This document shows, one piece after another, positions 41,121 to 56,414 of a stretch of DNA of 64,000 nt (its first letter is position 1; the number at the start of each line of letters is the position of its first letter). Under the pieces are notes generated by a model that had not been told where the DNA came from, did no database searches, and saw only the letters and a list, made by a program, of their open reading frames with translations. This DNA is from Octopus vulgaris (lineage: Eukaryota): the NCBI GenBank assembly GCA_951406725.2, contig OX597818.1:82832001-82896000 (forward strand). The letters run 5' to 3'. A program made the translations under genes and the position numbers.

Positions 41121-42421
41121 CACCCTACTCCCTCTTTTTAGTTTTCTAGCTTTTAAAGCTTCCTTTATCAGTCTCTTTACTCTTTCCTTTACCTTTCTTT
41201 GTCTCTTTCTCTGTTCCACTCCTGTTACCATTGCTACCTTGTGACTCTTTCATTCCGACCATCCACCCCCTTTTTGCTTCCTTTCTTTCCTTTTTTCTCC
41301 TCTTTCATTCGTTCATTCATTCACTATCTATTTAGACAAAAATATTTCTTTGTTTATAATTCTTCCTGTTCCTTCTTCCTATCTCCTCTGCATCATTTCA
41401 TTCTGTTCTTCTGCCTCATATTCTCACTTTTCCTCTCTTTTCCTCTCTATCAAACATTTATTTCCTTTTTGAAATAAAACTTACTTCTCGTTACATACCC
41501 CTTCTCTCCTACAGCCATTTCAACCCAGCACTCTTCCATAGCTACATCCGAATAACTAATGCTTTACGCAACTGTCATATACATTTATTTAATAATTTAT
41601 TTAAACGTAGTAAATTAAATTTTTGTAAACCTCGATATCACGATATGATGGACGGTATAGTCAGTTGAGTATAAATGATATTTCAATGTTGAAAAGCGGT
41701 TACGCTAAACTTGAAGTAAAAGCCATTTCGACCTCAGCTTACTTACTGTTCAGCTGTGTGTGGGTGTGCGTGTTGATGTCATATGAAAGAAGAAACTTCA
41801 AGAGAACAAGATATAATTTTTTTGAGGAAAAGATGAAACTCGACGCAGATGATGTAATAAATAGTACAGTATAAGTATCTGGTTAAAAATCCTTTGTAAC
41901 TCTATCTACTTCGAGTCAAAAACGTGCCAAAAAGGCAATGTACATACATACATGTATATATATATATGTCTGTGTGTGTGTGTGTGTGTGTGTATTCGAA
42001 GAGTAGATTTCTAAGCACAAAAAGTTGTAATTATTAGCCTTCTGACTTTTGTAACGCAAAACCTCTCGCAGCTTAATATTTATATGCTATTATTTATAGC
42101 ATTATATGCATTGAGTTTCACCATTCCAAGTGAGAATTATTTTACATACGCTTGACGTTACTAAATACTCGTGACATCAGCAATATGTATGTGTGTGTTT
42201 CCGTGTGTGCGTGCGTGAGTATGAGTGTTTGCTGCTGTATACAGGTGAACAGATTTCATAAGACGTGTGTATATGCCTTTCAATCAGACTTGGCAGATGT
42301 CAGAGAGTGGCTCAAGGCCCAACTGGAGCCGTTGACAATTTCTCAAGTGATATCTGTCAATGAACGAAACTATCAGCCCATGGGTCACCTTGTAAATTCT
42401 CACGAAAAAAACTAAAAGAAT

Positions 42422-42429
42422 TAATAATG

Positions 42430-42486
<57 letters not shown>

Positions 42487-42543
42487 TTAATAATAATAAT
42501 AATAATGATAATAATAATAAATGTATGAAAAATAATAATAATG
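42422..42543. repeat. (TAA)n microsatellite
   Basis: Directly visible. Confidence 0.95.
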
Positions 42544-42939
42544 AAATTTTATGTCTGTCTATCTAGCTATATATCTATCTATGCGTCTGTCTATGTATGA
42601 TGTAAGTATGTACATATATGTATGTATATATGCATATATTTTATTTATTTATCTATACATACATACAGACATACATACTTACATACATACATACTTACAT
42701 ACATACGAACATATTTACACATATTTGTTGAATGGCCGTTGAGTACACTTGAGTTCCTCCGCTCTTTAACGGACGTTATTTTTCGTTCCACAGGCTATCA
42801 AAAAATCACCCGCCTCACCAATGATACTCAAGTGCAATCTCACATAATTCTGGTGGTAGGCTTACTGAATCCTTTGCGTGGAAAATGGCGCAAAAGACCC
42901 AACCACTATAAAACATACTTTTCTGTTGTGCTGTCAGGC

Positions 42940-43376
42940 TTTTCAAACCTCCGAGGAGAGTATTTACATTAAAATATCGAAGAGCAAGGAATGTTTATAA
43001 TCTGACCAGACTGAAATTCAAAACAAGTCTTCATTTCACTCGTTAGGAACTCTTACACGCTGACTACTGGGATCTAGTCAGTCACTCTGAACGGGCCTGT
43101 AATATCTCGTATCTGCATTTGACTCAGCTTGTGATGATTTTGGCAAGGCCACCAGCTTGAAAAAAACAGTTGTAATGTATCAACTTGCACGTGGCGCTGT
43201 TTGCAACCCTACAAAAATGTTCTTTAAAGGTGAGATACTTGAGGGTTGTTGACTCTTTCACCTACCTCGGAAGCTCTGTACAAAATGATGGAAATCTAAA
43301 CACAAGAATACATCTGCCAATTCAAAGGGGAGCACAAGTATTTGGAGGTTTGCAGTGTCGCGTTTGGCGCCAATGA
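42940..43376 (+). pseudogene. RTE-clade LINE reverse transcriptase remnant
   Basis: With frameshifts: KYRR..VYNLTRLK, ELLHADY (YADD box), FDSACDDFG..SLKKTVVM, VVDSFTYLGS, AQVFGGL..RVW. Confidence 0.8.
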
Positions 43377-43409
43377 CATAAATAACACAGAATTGCTTCT
43401 TTGCATTTC

Positions 43410-43562
43410 AGTTCTTTCAGTTTCCGTCTACCGAATCCACCCACAAAGCATTGATAGGATTGAGGCTATAGAAGAAGATAGTTGCCCAAGGTGCCACGCA
43501 GTGAGACTGAACCCAGAACCATGTGGTTGGGGAGCAAGCTTCTCACCACACAGCCACTTTGT

Positions 43563-43624
<62 letters not shown>

Positions 43625-43840
43625 TATATATATATATATTTCTTTTATGCCTACAGGGGGCTAAACATAGAAGGAACAAACAACGGCAGACAAAGAGATT
43701 CTGTCACTTATTTAATCGACCCCGAAAGGATGAAAGGCAAAGTCGACTTAGGCGGAATTTGAACTCAGACCCTAATGGCAGACAAAATAGTGCTTGGCAG
43801 TTCGCCTGGCGTGCTAGTGATTCTGGAAGCTCGCCGCCCT
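43410..43840 (-). mobile_element. SINE family A head (43410-43557) and SINE family B (43635-43840) separated by (TA)n
   Basis: Family motifs as above. Confidence 0.8.
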
Positions 43841-44645
43841 ATAGTTATATATATATATATATATATATCATTGTACGATATATATAGCAATCTATATATC
43901 ATCTTTAATGTATATACATCGGTGATACACAAGGTGATAAACTTGCTGTGTTAAAAACACACTATAACACGGAGAGAAAGGAATTAGTCCTAGCAGTGGG
44001 TAGCGTGTACGCCAAATGCATTTCCGCCTTGCGGCACACACGCACGGATGCATGCACATACACCCACACACACACAAACACGCATACGCACACGCACACG
44101 TGCTCACACACATACAAACATGCACAATTATGAAGATTGACTTTTGGTAGTTCTCTATACCGTTTTTCCTTTTTGTTTTTGATTCTTCTTTTTATGTTTA
44201 TACTGAGCGTGCAAATTATTTTTACTCCAGTTCACATTAATTGTGAGCATTCTATGCATTTGATCATGGAACCAGAACTAATGCTAATTCTCAAATTAGC
44301 ATTCCTATAAAAATTCAATTAAGTCCTCAAATAATCCATATAATCATAGACACGAAGGGGGCGTCCCATTTCATATGTACATCAACCAGCACTATATTCT
44401 AAATATATATTTCGATGTATGACTAAACAATTCAGGTACTTATCAAAAAATTTCACGCCATTTTACATTCCCCGCCACCTGTATCATAATTGATAAACTT
44501 GAATTACATTTAACACGCTTCGTCACTAGACACCTTTTAGGCTCTCCTCCACCGTTATTATACAAAGTACTGCGATCCCCCTTTTCATCTCTATTGTCGT
44601 GATCAGCCAAGGGCGATACTGAGCTAAAACTGTTATTTGTTATAG

Positions 44646-44688
<43 letters not shown>

Positions 44689-46547
44689 TATATATGCATA
44701 TATATGCATATATATGTATATATGTATATGTGTGTGTGTATGTGAGTGTTTCTGTATATGCATGAGTGAGGGTGTCACTTTTGTTTTCGGGATGTATTAT
44801 GAATATTTGAACATTTATATCCGGTAGAGTTCCATCAAAGCCATTAGAAAAGTTAGAATCCTGCATTATTTCAAATAATAATGAAATGCATTTCTAGTTG
44901 TAGCAATTGTATAGAAACACGCTCGCACAGGCACACACACACATATAGTCGCACGCAGACACACACGCATGCATATGTCACTGACAATCTGTAAAGAAAC
45001 CATTCGCAATACTGAAATTTTGTGAAGACAGACAGAGAGAGGGAGAGAGAGAGCGATAAAAATATAAATAAATAGAAATATAGAGAATACCAAACAAATA
45101 GGTGGATGCATGTCTGTAATTTTTCTTCCCAAATGACTAGGAAACATTGCAATTATCATGGCAAACATTCTTTCAGTAGGATAGGGACGTATTTCACCGA
45201 TGCTAAATCTGAAGAAATATGTAGTTTGCCTACAGCTAACAATTCCCTATAACATGTCTCAGACCATATTTCCGTCGAATAATTTGCTCAGATAGGCAAA
45301 TTGTAATGACTGCAATACAGCTTAACAGAATTTATAATGACAAATCAGTGGTGACATAATAGATTTTGCATTCTTGTGAATGACATTTCTTTCAATATCA
45401 CAATACGGTTCATGTCGGAATATGATATTAAGAAAAAAATATGACGGTCTAAAAATGCATATGAAGACACTATTCACCTGAAAAGAACCACCTTAAGTAA
45501 TGGTTGGGGAGTTAACTATGTTTTAAACGGTCAAATAAGATTTCTAGTTACGTGGTACATTTTTTCTATGGACAATAAAATGCAGATTTTTAAGCTCTAG
45601 TTATGATCTTAAGACTGCTTTCTGTTGTGGGACCCCGAATCGGGAGTTCTAGGTTTTGAGGAACATAGAACAACCTCGTAGGCATTAGTGTTCCAAGGCC
45701 TATTTTAACCTTGAGCCCATGCTCCTTTCCGAGTCTCAGGCATGAGTTAATTAGCATGTGACCACTTGAACCAGATCACATTGGAATCATAGTATTTTTC
45801 ATGATGGATGTGAACAATTTCGACAGATGGACTTCTTGAGTCAACAGTGAATACCTCTAGATGCTGAGCGGATGAAATGACAAGAAACTCTCAACGGCCA
45901 GGATCATCTAGGTTAGTTAGTGAACTCATCTGTAGTCGTGGCATACAGAGATTAGCTACTTCAGCTAGCGAAAGTCAAATATAGTTAATTGGACTGGGCA
46001 AGACGTCCGATTCGGGTGATAGTGGTATACTTTCTGCATTAGACTCACAAGTCCTTCAAGTCATACAAAACAAAAACAACAAAAAAAAACATGAACACTA
46101 TGTCTCTAACTTCCAAATATAAAAACTGTAAAGAAAAGTACATCGAATAGAACAGTATGCATCCTTTAATGGGTGATATTACCGTCACTTTGGAAAAAAA
46201 AAAAGATTGTCACAAAATTCACTTAGGAGCTTGGTTAAGCTCTTTCTGCAATAGCGAGAGCATATCGAAATATACCATCCAAATTGCGGGTTCTTGTAAT
46301 GGAATTAAAACGCGCGGGGATCAAGCAATTAATAAGCAAAAGCTCTATCTACGCAACACTCTAGCATAATGGCAAAATGGGAGTAAAGAGAGAGGCTAAG
46401 TTGAAATAAAGATTATCTAATATTGACGTTGTAGTTCTCAAGAACGATTTTTGTTAATATATTGAAGATGGTTTGTTACGTGATAAATTTTCTTAGTATA
46501 TTAGCATCACATTAGTAATAACAACAACAGCAAAAACAACAAAAGCA

Positions 46548-46605
<58 letters not shown>

Positions 46606-46624
46606 CAGAGAGTGGTTTTCATCG

Positions 46625-47183
46625 CTATGCTTAGATGCGATACCAGACAGTGACTCTTATAGCTTATCATCTTAACTGATTGGATGTGTCATCATGTATG
46701 TTGTTTTGTCTTTGTATAGAACAGGGTCTACAGCAAATATTCTGCGCAGTACAACAGATTTGCTTGCAAGATGATTGATCTTAACCACTTGAACATGTCT
46801 CTTAGTGGCAGGCAATATGTGCATCTCTGATCACGAGCAGGAGTAGTGAAGGGGGAGCCTCATAGCCATGTGTTCATAGGAATTATTTTGAGTTTGGATA
46901 ATTCCCCTCTGGAAACATGGGTATTTTTTTCAACATCCTTAAACGACCCTTGTTCAGAGACCCTTTGCGCGGGATGGACTACTAGACCTAAAGAAATTCT
47001 AACTGAGCCCTACCTGATAGGTTATGCGCTGCTTATCTTCTTGTGAGATCACCGTGTCTTGCATATATGGTTGTGATGCATGTGTCAGGTGTACCCTTAT
47101 CAGAAGTGTAGTCATGATGGGTATACGGGGTTTCGTATATTTTACTCAGTGACACTTTGATGGCATGCACAGCTGTCCCACTC
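46625..47183 (+). mobile_element. About 550-bp (TAA)n-flanked repeat, copy 2
   Basis: ctatgc..taccag..cttaactgattgga..cagcaaatattctgc..ctctggaaacatgg..cactttgatggcatgcac..cactc-(AAT)n. Confidence 0.85.
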
Positions 47184-47203
47184 AATAATAATAATGATAA
47201 TAA

Positions 47204-47730
47204 CTATGCCCTGAGGCAGTACCAGGTACTGTCTCTCATGGCTTCTCTTCTTAACTGATATGAAGTTTTATCATGTACACGTTTTGTCTTGGTATAAAAG
47301 ACAGGCAACAGCAAATATTCTGCTCAATGCCACAGATTTGCTTGTCAGTTGTTTCACTTTAACAATTTGCGCATGTCAGTTAGTGATGATAAAATGTGCA
47401 CCTCTAATCATGAACAGAATTAGTGGGGGAGCATCATAGCCGTGTCTTGAGAGAAATTCTTTGGTATTTGAATAATTCACCTCTGGAAACATGGATGTTT
47501 CGCTCATTATCCATAAACAACCCTCATTGAGGGACCTTTCGAGCGGGATGTGCTACTCGACCTGAAGAAAATTCAGAGCCCTATCTGCAAGGTCATGCCG
47601 TTATTTATCTTGATATGAGATCATTATGTACCTGGTGTACGTTTATAATACGAGTATTCATGATGGGTATACTGGGCTTCCTATTTTTGTATCCCTGTGT
47701 CACTTTGATGGCATGCTTTGGTCTCTAAAT
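47204..47730 (+). mobile_element. About 550-bp (TAA)n-flanked repeat, copy 3, tandem to copy 2
   Basis: Same colinear motifs; separated from copy 2 only by a short (AAT)n run. Confidence 0.85.
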
Positions 47731-48744
47731 GAATAAAACTAATAATAGCAACGCCAGCTTAAAATTAGAGGTTTTTCTTTAAATACAACAGCATATATAA
47801 CATAGAATTATTGCTTAAATACTTGCACGTCTTACATTAAAATAAATAGATTTAATACCGAACACACGGGACGTGCATAAATGTATGAGAAATAACACAA
47901 AAACTGACATGAAAATTACTGGAGGAATTATTGATAAGGACACATAAAATTATGTATAGAAACGCAATTCCTTATATTCTAAGACGCTTATATATTATGA
48001 AATAATAATTCTTTACCTTGAAAATAAACAATGACAGTAAATGGCCAATTTATATATGGCAAATAATTGAAAAATTTGCAATTTCCTTAAATAAGCATGT
48101 TAGATGATAAATTAGTTTCCAACACGATAAGTTAATTAGAGAATTAAGATGAGAGAATATATGTGTATGATAATAGAAAAGAATATATATACATATGTCC
48201 ATGTTCGAAATTCAAGTATACATATACATACAAAGACACACACGCATACACGCACGCAAGCATACACACAAGTACACACAAGCCTGTATGTTCCTATTTA
48301 TATATGTATATATACGCATATATATGTCTCTCTATATAAATGTGTGTATGTGTATACATATGAGTGTATATATATACATATATATGTGAATATATATATA
48401 TATATATATACATACATACATACATACATACATACATACATACATACATACACACATACATACATACATGCAGTTTATATATGTTTGATACATGTAACAC
48501 TGTACTCCTTAGAAAAGAAACTACAATATAAAATTAATTATATTATGAAATTATTTATACAACATAATATTATATGAATATAGGGAATATGGAGAAGCTT
48601 CACTTTGTACATTTTATATATGGGTTTATTTGTCTCGTATATACACATACTAAGTCATATACACAAGCACTTGCATACTTGCACACACATACAGAATGTG
48701 CCTGTGTGTATGCCTATATATTATATGTACACACTACCCCCATG

Positions 48745-48745
48745 C

Positions 48746-48807
<62 letters not shown>

Positions 48808-48830
48808 ATATCTATCTATCTATCTATCTT

Positions 48831-48871
<41 letters not shown>

Positions 48872-49164
48872 GTGTCTGTTTATCTATCCCTATAAATATT
48901 CTTTATTTCAAACACACAATTACACACAGAAGCACGCACACAGATATGTGAATGTGTGTGTGTAATGTTATATAACGTCATACATGCATACATACACGTG
49001 TATATGCCTGTGTATGTGCCTGTGTTTGTATGTGTGGTTCATATACATCCTCTGTACAATATTAGTTATATATTATATAAAAACTAAGCATTTTCATATG
49101 AAACGAGCATCAATCGTTTTTCTACTAGAGGAACAATGAATGATTAACTGTTCTTGGTTGTAAA

Positions 49165-49238
<74 letters not shown>

Positions 49239-49239
49239 A

Positions 49240-49276
<37 letters not shown>

Positions 49277-49352
49277 ATGTGTTTCTTTCTGTTTATCTAT
49301 CTGTCTGTCTGTCTGTCTGTCTGTCTGATTATCTGTCTGTCTGCCTGTCTGC

Positions 49353-49416
<64 letters not shown>

Positions 49417-49420
49417 ATCT
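48745..49420. repeat. Two (TATC)n/(TGTC)n tetranucleotide tracts (48745-48870, 49165-49420)
   Basis: Directly visible. Confidence 0.95.
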
Positions 49421-49499
49421 TTTTGTTTCCCTATTCATCTGACTCTTGTCTATATCGTCTTCACAGGGCAAAGCGTATTCCATTTGTCTGCAGGTTTTG

Positions 49500-51900
49500 A
49501 CACAAAAGACTACACTATGAACCTCGTCCCTTTTGTTGTACATACAACATGGCTGAGAATTTTAGCATTTACTTCCATTTCTCTTGTATTTTCTTATCAA
49601 AATACGATACAGCTGGGAAGGTCAAGGATTTCTCTTGTTTACACAGCTGAGTTGATCTTCCCCATCTTGTACATGAAAAACTGTAGGCTGATAATTTGTT
49701 TTGTTTCTCGTTCAATGAAACGACTGGTCTTTTGTTTTAGTACATCGGCAATACTTGGTGAAGGTACATTCAGTACTTAGTGAAGTCACTCGACATATTG
49801 TACAAGGAATGACTCGCAAACTACTAAAACATACACCAATGCTGCATAAACTACACGTAGATGACAATATAAGTCCACCGTGTGATATCGGCCGAGGATG
49901 TTTACGCATCACAATCCGCTTTAATGAGAATTCTCAGCCTAGTTGGCATAAGCTTCTAAAGCATGCTTTCGTATTCTGCTGTCTCCCATGCTACCTATCC
50001 ACATTCGGTTCCTCATATCTTAGTCACACTTTCGATATGAAGAATTTTTGAAATTGCATTATCACACCTGCCTTTGTTACGCTCAAGTGTATTATTTGAT
50101 CTGCATTTGTACCAATCTACTGAATGTCTATAGTTATCACCAATTCTCATTTCCAGTCTTAGCTCTAACAAGCTACCGCAAAATCAGACGTACTCTTCTA
50201 TATAGACATCACTCTTGGCTGGGCCAACCGAACAATAAGATTTGTTATATCTTGCAGCATCATATACAGTATGTTTTAACGAGTGTAAAATCATATTGTT
50301 TCTGCTACTGCTTATACACTGTCTACGACTATTATTTTCATCGTTAATATAAATACCGTTGTACAGTTTGTAGATTGTTGCTTCTATTCTTAAGTGAGAG
50401 TTCCGTCGATTGTTTACTTCGGCAGAAATTATTTCTGCGAAGAAATCAGTCACTATTAAGAATAAAACCTCTAGCGGTTGTATGCCTTATCCGTCATATA
50501 ACCATGTGGAAGAATGAGATTGTGATGAAATTCTGATTGCAATCTTGCAAAAGACATAAGCAATGAAAAGTAATGTCGTTATGCATTGAGCTACAATATA
50601 AAGGGGATCGTTAATAAGTAATGGTGGGAGAAACATTATGCATCACTAAGGAAGGAGACGAAGGCACAGATTAAAAGATGCAAGGTAAAAGGAGCATGAT
50701 TTTTAAGTAAGGCCAAGATAAGAGGTTATGCGATAAATAAGGCGACAAAAATTGGTGTGAAAGAAATCAGTATGGAGCCAATGTGCACCGAGAAGTTAGA
50801 GCGGTCAAAATCAATTTTACAGTAAAATTGGCAGGAGAATAGATTTAGTAGTTTAGACTACATTTGTACAGAACTCACACACACACATTATCACTGTTAG
50901 GTGTTTTGAGAAGAACTTATATATATATATATACAGTAATACAGGAACAAATACAAAAATAACGTGCATTGTGTTATACAGTCATACAAATAATGTCAAT
51001 ATATCTACACAAGTACAGAAAATAGAATAATTTTTAATAATCAAAACGCAGAGGACATCGAGCGGAGGGATACGATGAAATACATAATCAAGAGAGACGG
51101 GTTTATATTGATAATTTGCAAAATAAAACTTTTTTAGAACAATTTTTCCTCGCGTATGTCATTTGAGTTATAAGTTTGGAAAACGCTACTAATCGAGCAC
51201 GGCTCAGTTGCCTGGACGAATGAATTAAGCTACTGAATTATAGACCAGAGTAATACTTAGGTCTTGTTGAACATATGTTCAAGACATACTAGAGATATAT
51301 CAAGGTTCTGATTACGGAAACAATCATACAAACAGCGCCCTGTGTCACCTGTATATAATGCGTTCCAGAGTTCTCATGCTATATTGTATGTTAAGTTGGA
51401 GGAAATAGTAGTTGTAAATCCCATGACTACAGATTAGATGACTGGGTGTATAATGGCTTTGCAGATTAGTTGATAAGTGTGGCATGGAGCGGAGATTCCA
51501 AGTTGTCTGTGTCTAAGGACAAGAAAGGTCTTACCAGAAGGCCTTGCACATGTTTTGTTTCTATTGAAGGAGAGGAGTTAGCGGTTAATGTAACATAACT
51601 GCGGTAACGTTATTAGATTGTCGAAAGAGAATGTTCCAAATTTTGGTCTGCTAAGGGCTTCAAAATGAGATGAGGGGAATCCCGACAGCAAATGAGGTGT
51701 TTCAAGCAGTAGTGTTGCACACTGGTTCATGGCCGATGTCATGGGCCGAGTGGGTTCTAGTGTTCACAAGGTGTTAGGGGTTGTACCGTCAGTAGATAAA
51801 AAGTACTCGCTTGCCTTGACTTTATGTCGGCATCTTTGCTACAGAGGTGGAATCTCCAATGGATTTTTGTGTAAGCGAAAGTAGATTTGTAGCCTGCTAC
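49500..51900 (-). pseudogene. Very old CR1/L2/Jockey-like LINE ORF2 debris, possibly several pieces
   Basis: Faint, frameshifted motif echoes: LERII preceded by an NYRPIS-like stretch (about 51350-51430) and a KxAD-like box (about 49740-49760). Confidence 0.3.
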
Positions 51901-52634
51901 ATTTTTATTTGTTATTTATTCAGTTTGGTAGTTTCTCTTATTGAATTGTCTCCATGCAGAATATATCGGTTATAAGGACAATAATTCGAGTGAAAAGCGA
52001 TTATCAGCAGGTTTATAGAAAAAAAGCAAAAGAAAAACAAAACAGGTATAAGTGGATAGATGGTGTCACACAGGCAAAAATGCTTAGAAATTTGATGGAA
52101 TTATTACAAATGCTAAGAACGACATTCTTTTTTATTAGCCAAATCTAGAGACGCAAACAGAGAATATAGGAAATACCAGATGCGCTATAACTTTGGAATA
52201 TTACTGTAAATAAATCTAGAGAGACTTGAGTTGTTGGAGATTGGACGAACTTTTTGCTAGATTTTCATTGTTCATTTAAAGAAGTTTATCGCTCTATCAT
52301 CAAATTTACGATTATTATTTCTGCACTCTTATTTTTATTACATGCTTTCACTACACAGCCGGACATATTTCTATGTACCATGGGTATGTGCAGCAGTGAT
52401 TTGTTGTTTTTCCTGAGGAATTATAAATGCTTTTCGAAATAGAGTATGTATTTATTTACTGCATATGTATAAATCCTGGAATTTTAATCATGTATTTATC
52501 TCTATCTCTTTTTATCATTCCCAAGATACCCATTATGATCGCTATTGTTCCTGCTGTCAATCCATGCATTCTGATTATCTGTATTTCCCGATCTTTATAT
52601 TGAAATAGTTCCTTTCCAGGAATTGATAACTCGA

Positions 52635-53275
<641 letters not shown>

Positions 53276-53276
53276 T

Positions 53277-53490
53277 AGAGCTGACAGAATCGTTTGCATG
53301 CGGGGAAAAATGCTTTGCGGCACTTCGTCCGTTTTTACGTTGTGAGTTCAAATTTCGTCGAGCTCGACTTTGCCTTTCATCCTTTCGGGGTCGACGAATT
53401 AAGCACCAGTTACGCACTGGAGTCGATGTAATTAACTATATCCTCCTCATCCACTCAAATATCAGGAGGCATTTTGGCTACAGTAGGAAG
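53277..53490 (+). mobile_element. SINE family B
   Basis: gagctgacagaatcgtt..gagttcaaatt..gactttgcctttcatcctttcggggtcga. Confidence 0.85.
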
Positions 53491-53549
53491 GAGTATTACA
53501 TCTTACATAACTTGTTACTGCAGGTACCAGCTGTTCATTACCAGTGGAC

Positions 53550-54240
53550 AAAGGCGGCGCCTTCTTTCGAATCTTTCGAAGATTACTTGGCGCTACTAAT
53601 AATGCTATGTTCTGGATGTGTCGTTTTCATTTTTATTTCTGTCTATTCCAACTTACTTGTTATTAATTTTTTCTCTGTAGCTAGAACACCAACAATTATT
53701 GGCACAATATACCTTTTTACCACAGACCGTAGTTTATTTTTCTTCCTTCAAATCTTTGAAACGAGTCATATTATCTCATTGTTTCCCGACTATTCTGCTG
53801 TCTTTAGGGCAAGTGGTATCTATGATCAGGTACCATATTCTCCCTCTCCTAGCAGTTGAATAGCAGGTTTCTGATTTTCGATTCTATGATTATCCTGAAT
53901 CCTCAAGTCCTAAAATATATTTACTCTATCAATTACTATCACAATTTTCACCTTATGATATTAATTTTTTCTTACCTTGTCCAATACTAATTTGTTATAT
54001 AGTTCCCAGTGAACTATTTTGGAGAAATCGCCATGCTCTATGTTGTATTCTATTTTTGCCGCTTTCGCTTAAAATTTAATACATTGTGTTTCCAAACTCA
54101 CCATATATTCTGCATTTGTAAGATTCTGCCGAGTGGTCAATTCTGCGCATAATGTAGTTTGTTCTGAACGCTTTTTCCTGTACTGCACATATGAAGATAT
54201 GTTTTTCAGGTTTTAGGTCGTTTCGGTCCAATAGATTCCG
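53550..54240 (-). pseudogene. Decayed R4/Dong-type ORF C-terminus (zinc knuckle and restriction-like endonuclease region)
   Basis: DLKPE..ICAVQEKAFRTNY..KCRIYGE..ILSE..IVHWEL..IF*DLRIQ..KPAI..IIDTTCPKDSRI..RFKDLKEE..IVPIIVGVL. Confidence 0.75.
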
Positions 54241-55298
54241 AATATTGAATGCAATTCAAGATATTTTCAAGCAATCTATTCCGAAGATTAGGGAACAAAA
54301 CATTTTTTTTTTACTTATTTCACTGGCTATTTGCTTTCGTATATAATATCTTGAAGATGTTATCTTTGCATTTTATCGATCCTGGAAAAATAAAATATAG
54401 CACCACTGATGCTGTCGTTTTAATCGACAGCTCTTTTGTTTAGATTCATTTCATTCTTTAGATTCATTTCACTTCTGAAATCGTTATTAATAAAAAATGC
54501 TGGATGCCAGTATTTCAAAAACTCAGTTTTGCGTGCTAAGATCAAAGTCATCAGAGGTGTGTTTTCCTTTTTGTCCTTCAAATGTGTCGACAAAAGTTTA
54601 TTTATCGACCCCGAACCAAATAAATGAGGTTTTGTTTGGAATTTTGCGGCAAGTTATTCTATTCGACGTTTACATGAACTTACCAATTTGCTTCTCCAGA
54701 AACGGCAATTATAGTTCTTATAGTCTTAAGGAATTTTTTTATGATAATAAGAGTGTTGTACTACCAGCCATAGCTCTGCACTGTTGAAGCGGAATTATGA
54801 TCAGAGATTATAGGTCCGCTTGACAACCATCCTATCTTTGTTTCACAGACGTATTGTCACATGATCTATTTTCTCCCATAACGACAGATTTTGTTTCCTT
54901 GGATTTAATAACGTAATGATGAAAATATATTGGATGAGTAAAGCTGAACCAGACACACCCTAAAACGCTTGATACAAAATGGTACGGTCGAAAATTGAGC
55001 AAGTTTAACACATAACTGGTTTCAATGCCATCGAATAAAAGGTACATTATAAAGGATTTTACGCGATTCAGGACGTATGAATGACTTCAACACGTCATTC
55101 GCCGTATCTGATGTTCTTAGATTTCAGTTAACAGCTTTTAGGATTGATTACTGTCATCCGTTTGAAGGCAATCGGTAAAGAAACGCTTCTGAAGAATGCG
55201 GTGTGATCATACTTGCAACCTAAAGGAACATATATAAACACGCACACACACACACACACACACACGCGCGTGTGTGTGTGTATATATATATATATATA

Positions 55299-55606
55299 TG
55301 GAGGCGCAATGGCCCAGTGGTTAGGGCAGCGGACTCGCGGTCGCAGGATCGCTGTTTCGATTCCCAGACCGGGCGTTGTGAGTGTTTATTGAGCGAAAAC
55401 ACCTAAAGCTCCACGAGGCTCCGGTAGGGGTGGTGGCGATCCCTGCTGTACTCTTTCGTCACAACTTTCTCTCACCCTTTCTTCTCTTGGCCTGCTCGCT
55501 TAGCCAGCGGGGTGGCGTCATTTGAAGGCTAAAACAATGCGAAGCGCATTGTGACCAGCGATGTGTAACAACATCTGATAGCCTGGTCGGTCACGTGATC
55601 ACGTGA
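55299..55606 (+). mobile_element. SINE family C, short form
   Basis: Near-identical to 9333-9626; A and B boxes present. Confidence 0.88.
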
Positions 55607-55634
55607 TATTTATATATATATATATATATATAAG

Positions 55635-55670
<36 letters not shown>

Positions 55671-55932
55671 TATAAGTTTAACAATTAAGGATAACCTCTT
55701 AATAAGGGATCTTAACAAGAAATTATCGGGTAGTTAGCGTGAAAACCTCATAAAAGAAAAGAATTCGAAAATAATTTTTTTCTCTTGAACAAATTAATTA
55801 TATCTATATTGTATAGAGGGCATTATTACACATAAATGCCTCACACTAAGAGGGACAAAGTCATTACTACCAAAATTATACTAATCATACCCAAATGCAG
55901 TTTTTCAAAGCAAAACATTTAAAAATGAATTT

Positions 55933-55990
55933 AGTTCTGTATCGCCGTGATTTCACATTCAACTTACGTCTTATGATCATCAGCAGAACT
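55933..55990 (-). ncRNA. Type I hammerhead ribozyme, unit 1
   Basis: agttctg|CTGATGA|tcat..ac-gtaa-gt..atgt|GAAA|tcac-g-gcga|TA|cagaact, with a perfect 7-bp stem I. Confidence 0.75.
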
Positions 55991-56414
55991 GATTCTGAAC
56001 ACATCATAAATAAACTACCAACCTTACGTAGCGAAGACGAACAGACAACTGCTCACTCCGGCCAAGCACATGGAATGTTTATAAATCATATATCCGGTAA
56101 ATGGCGGGCTTTTTACGAACTGCATGTCGGGTAATAAAAAGTATTTCGGAATAAGTTTAACAATTAAGGATAACCTCTTAATAAGGGATCTTAACAAGAA
56201 ATTATCGGGTAGTTAGCGTGAAAACCTCATAAAAGAAAAGAATTCGAAAATAATTTTTTTTTCTCTTGAACAAATTAATTATATCTATATTGTATAGAGG
56301 GCATTATTACACATAAATGCCTCACACTAAGAAGGACAAAGTCATTACTACCAAAATTATACTAATCATACCCAAATGCAGTTTTTCAAAGCAAGACATT
56401 TAAAAAATGAATTT

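Noticed and set aside
49154-49780. 208-aa hydrophobic ORF
   Set aside because: First half is (TATC)n translation (IYLS); the rest shows no recognisable domain
54832-55047. ORF with faint reverse-transcriptase-like words (FDGI, SVKQR)
   Set aside because: Too degenerate to call without a profile search
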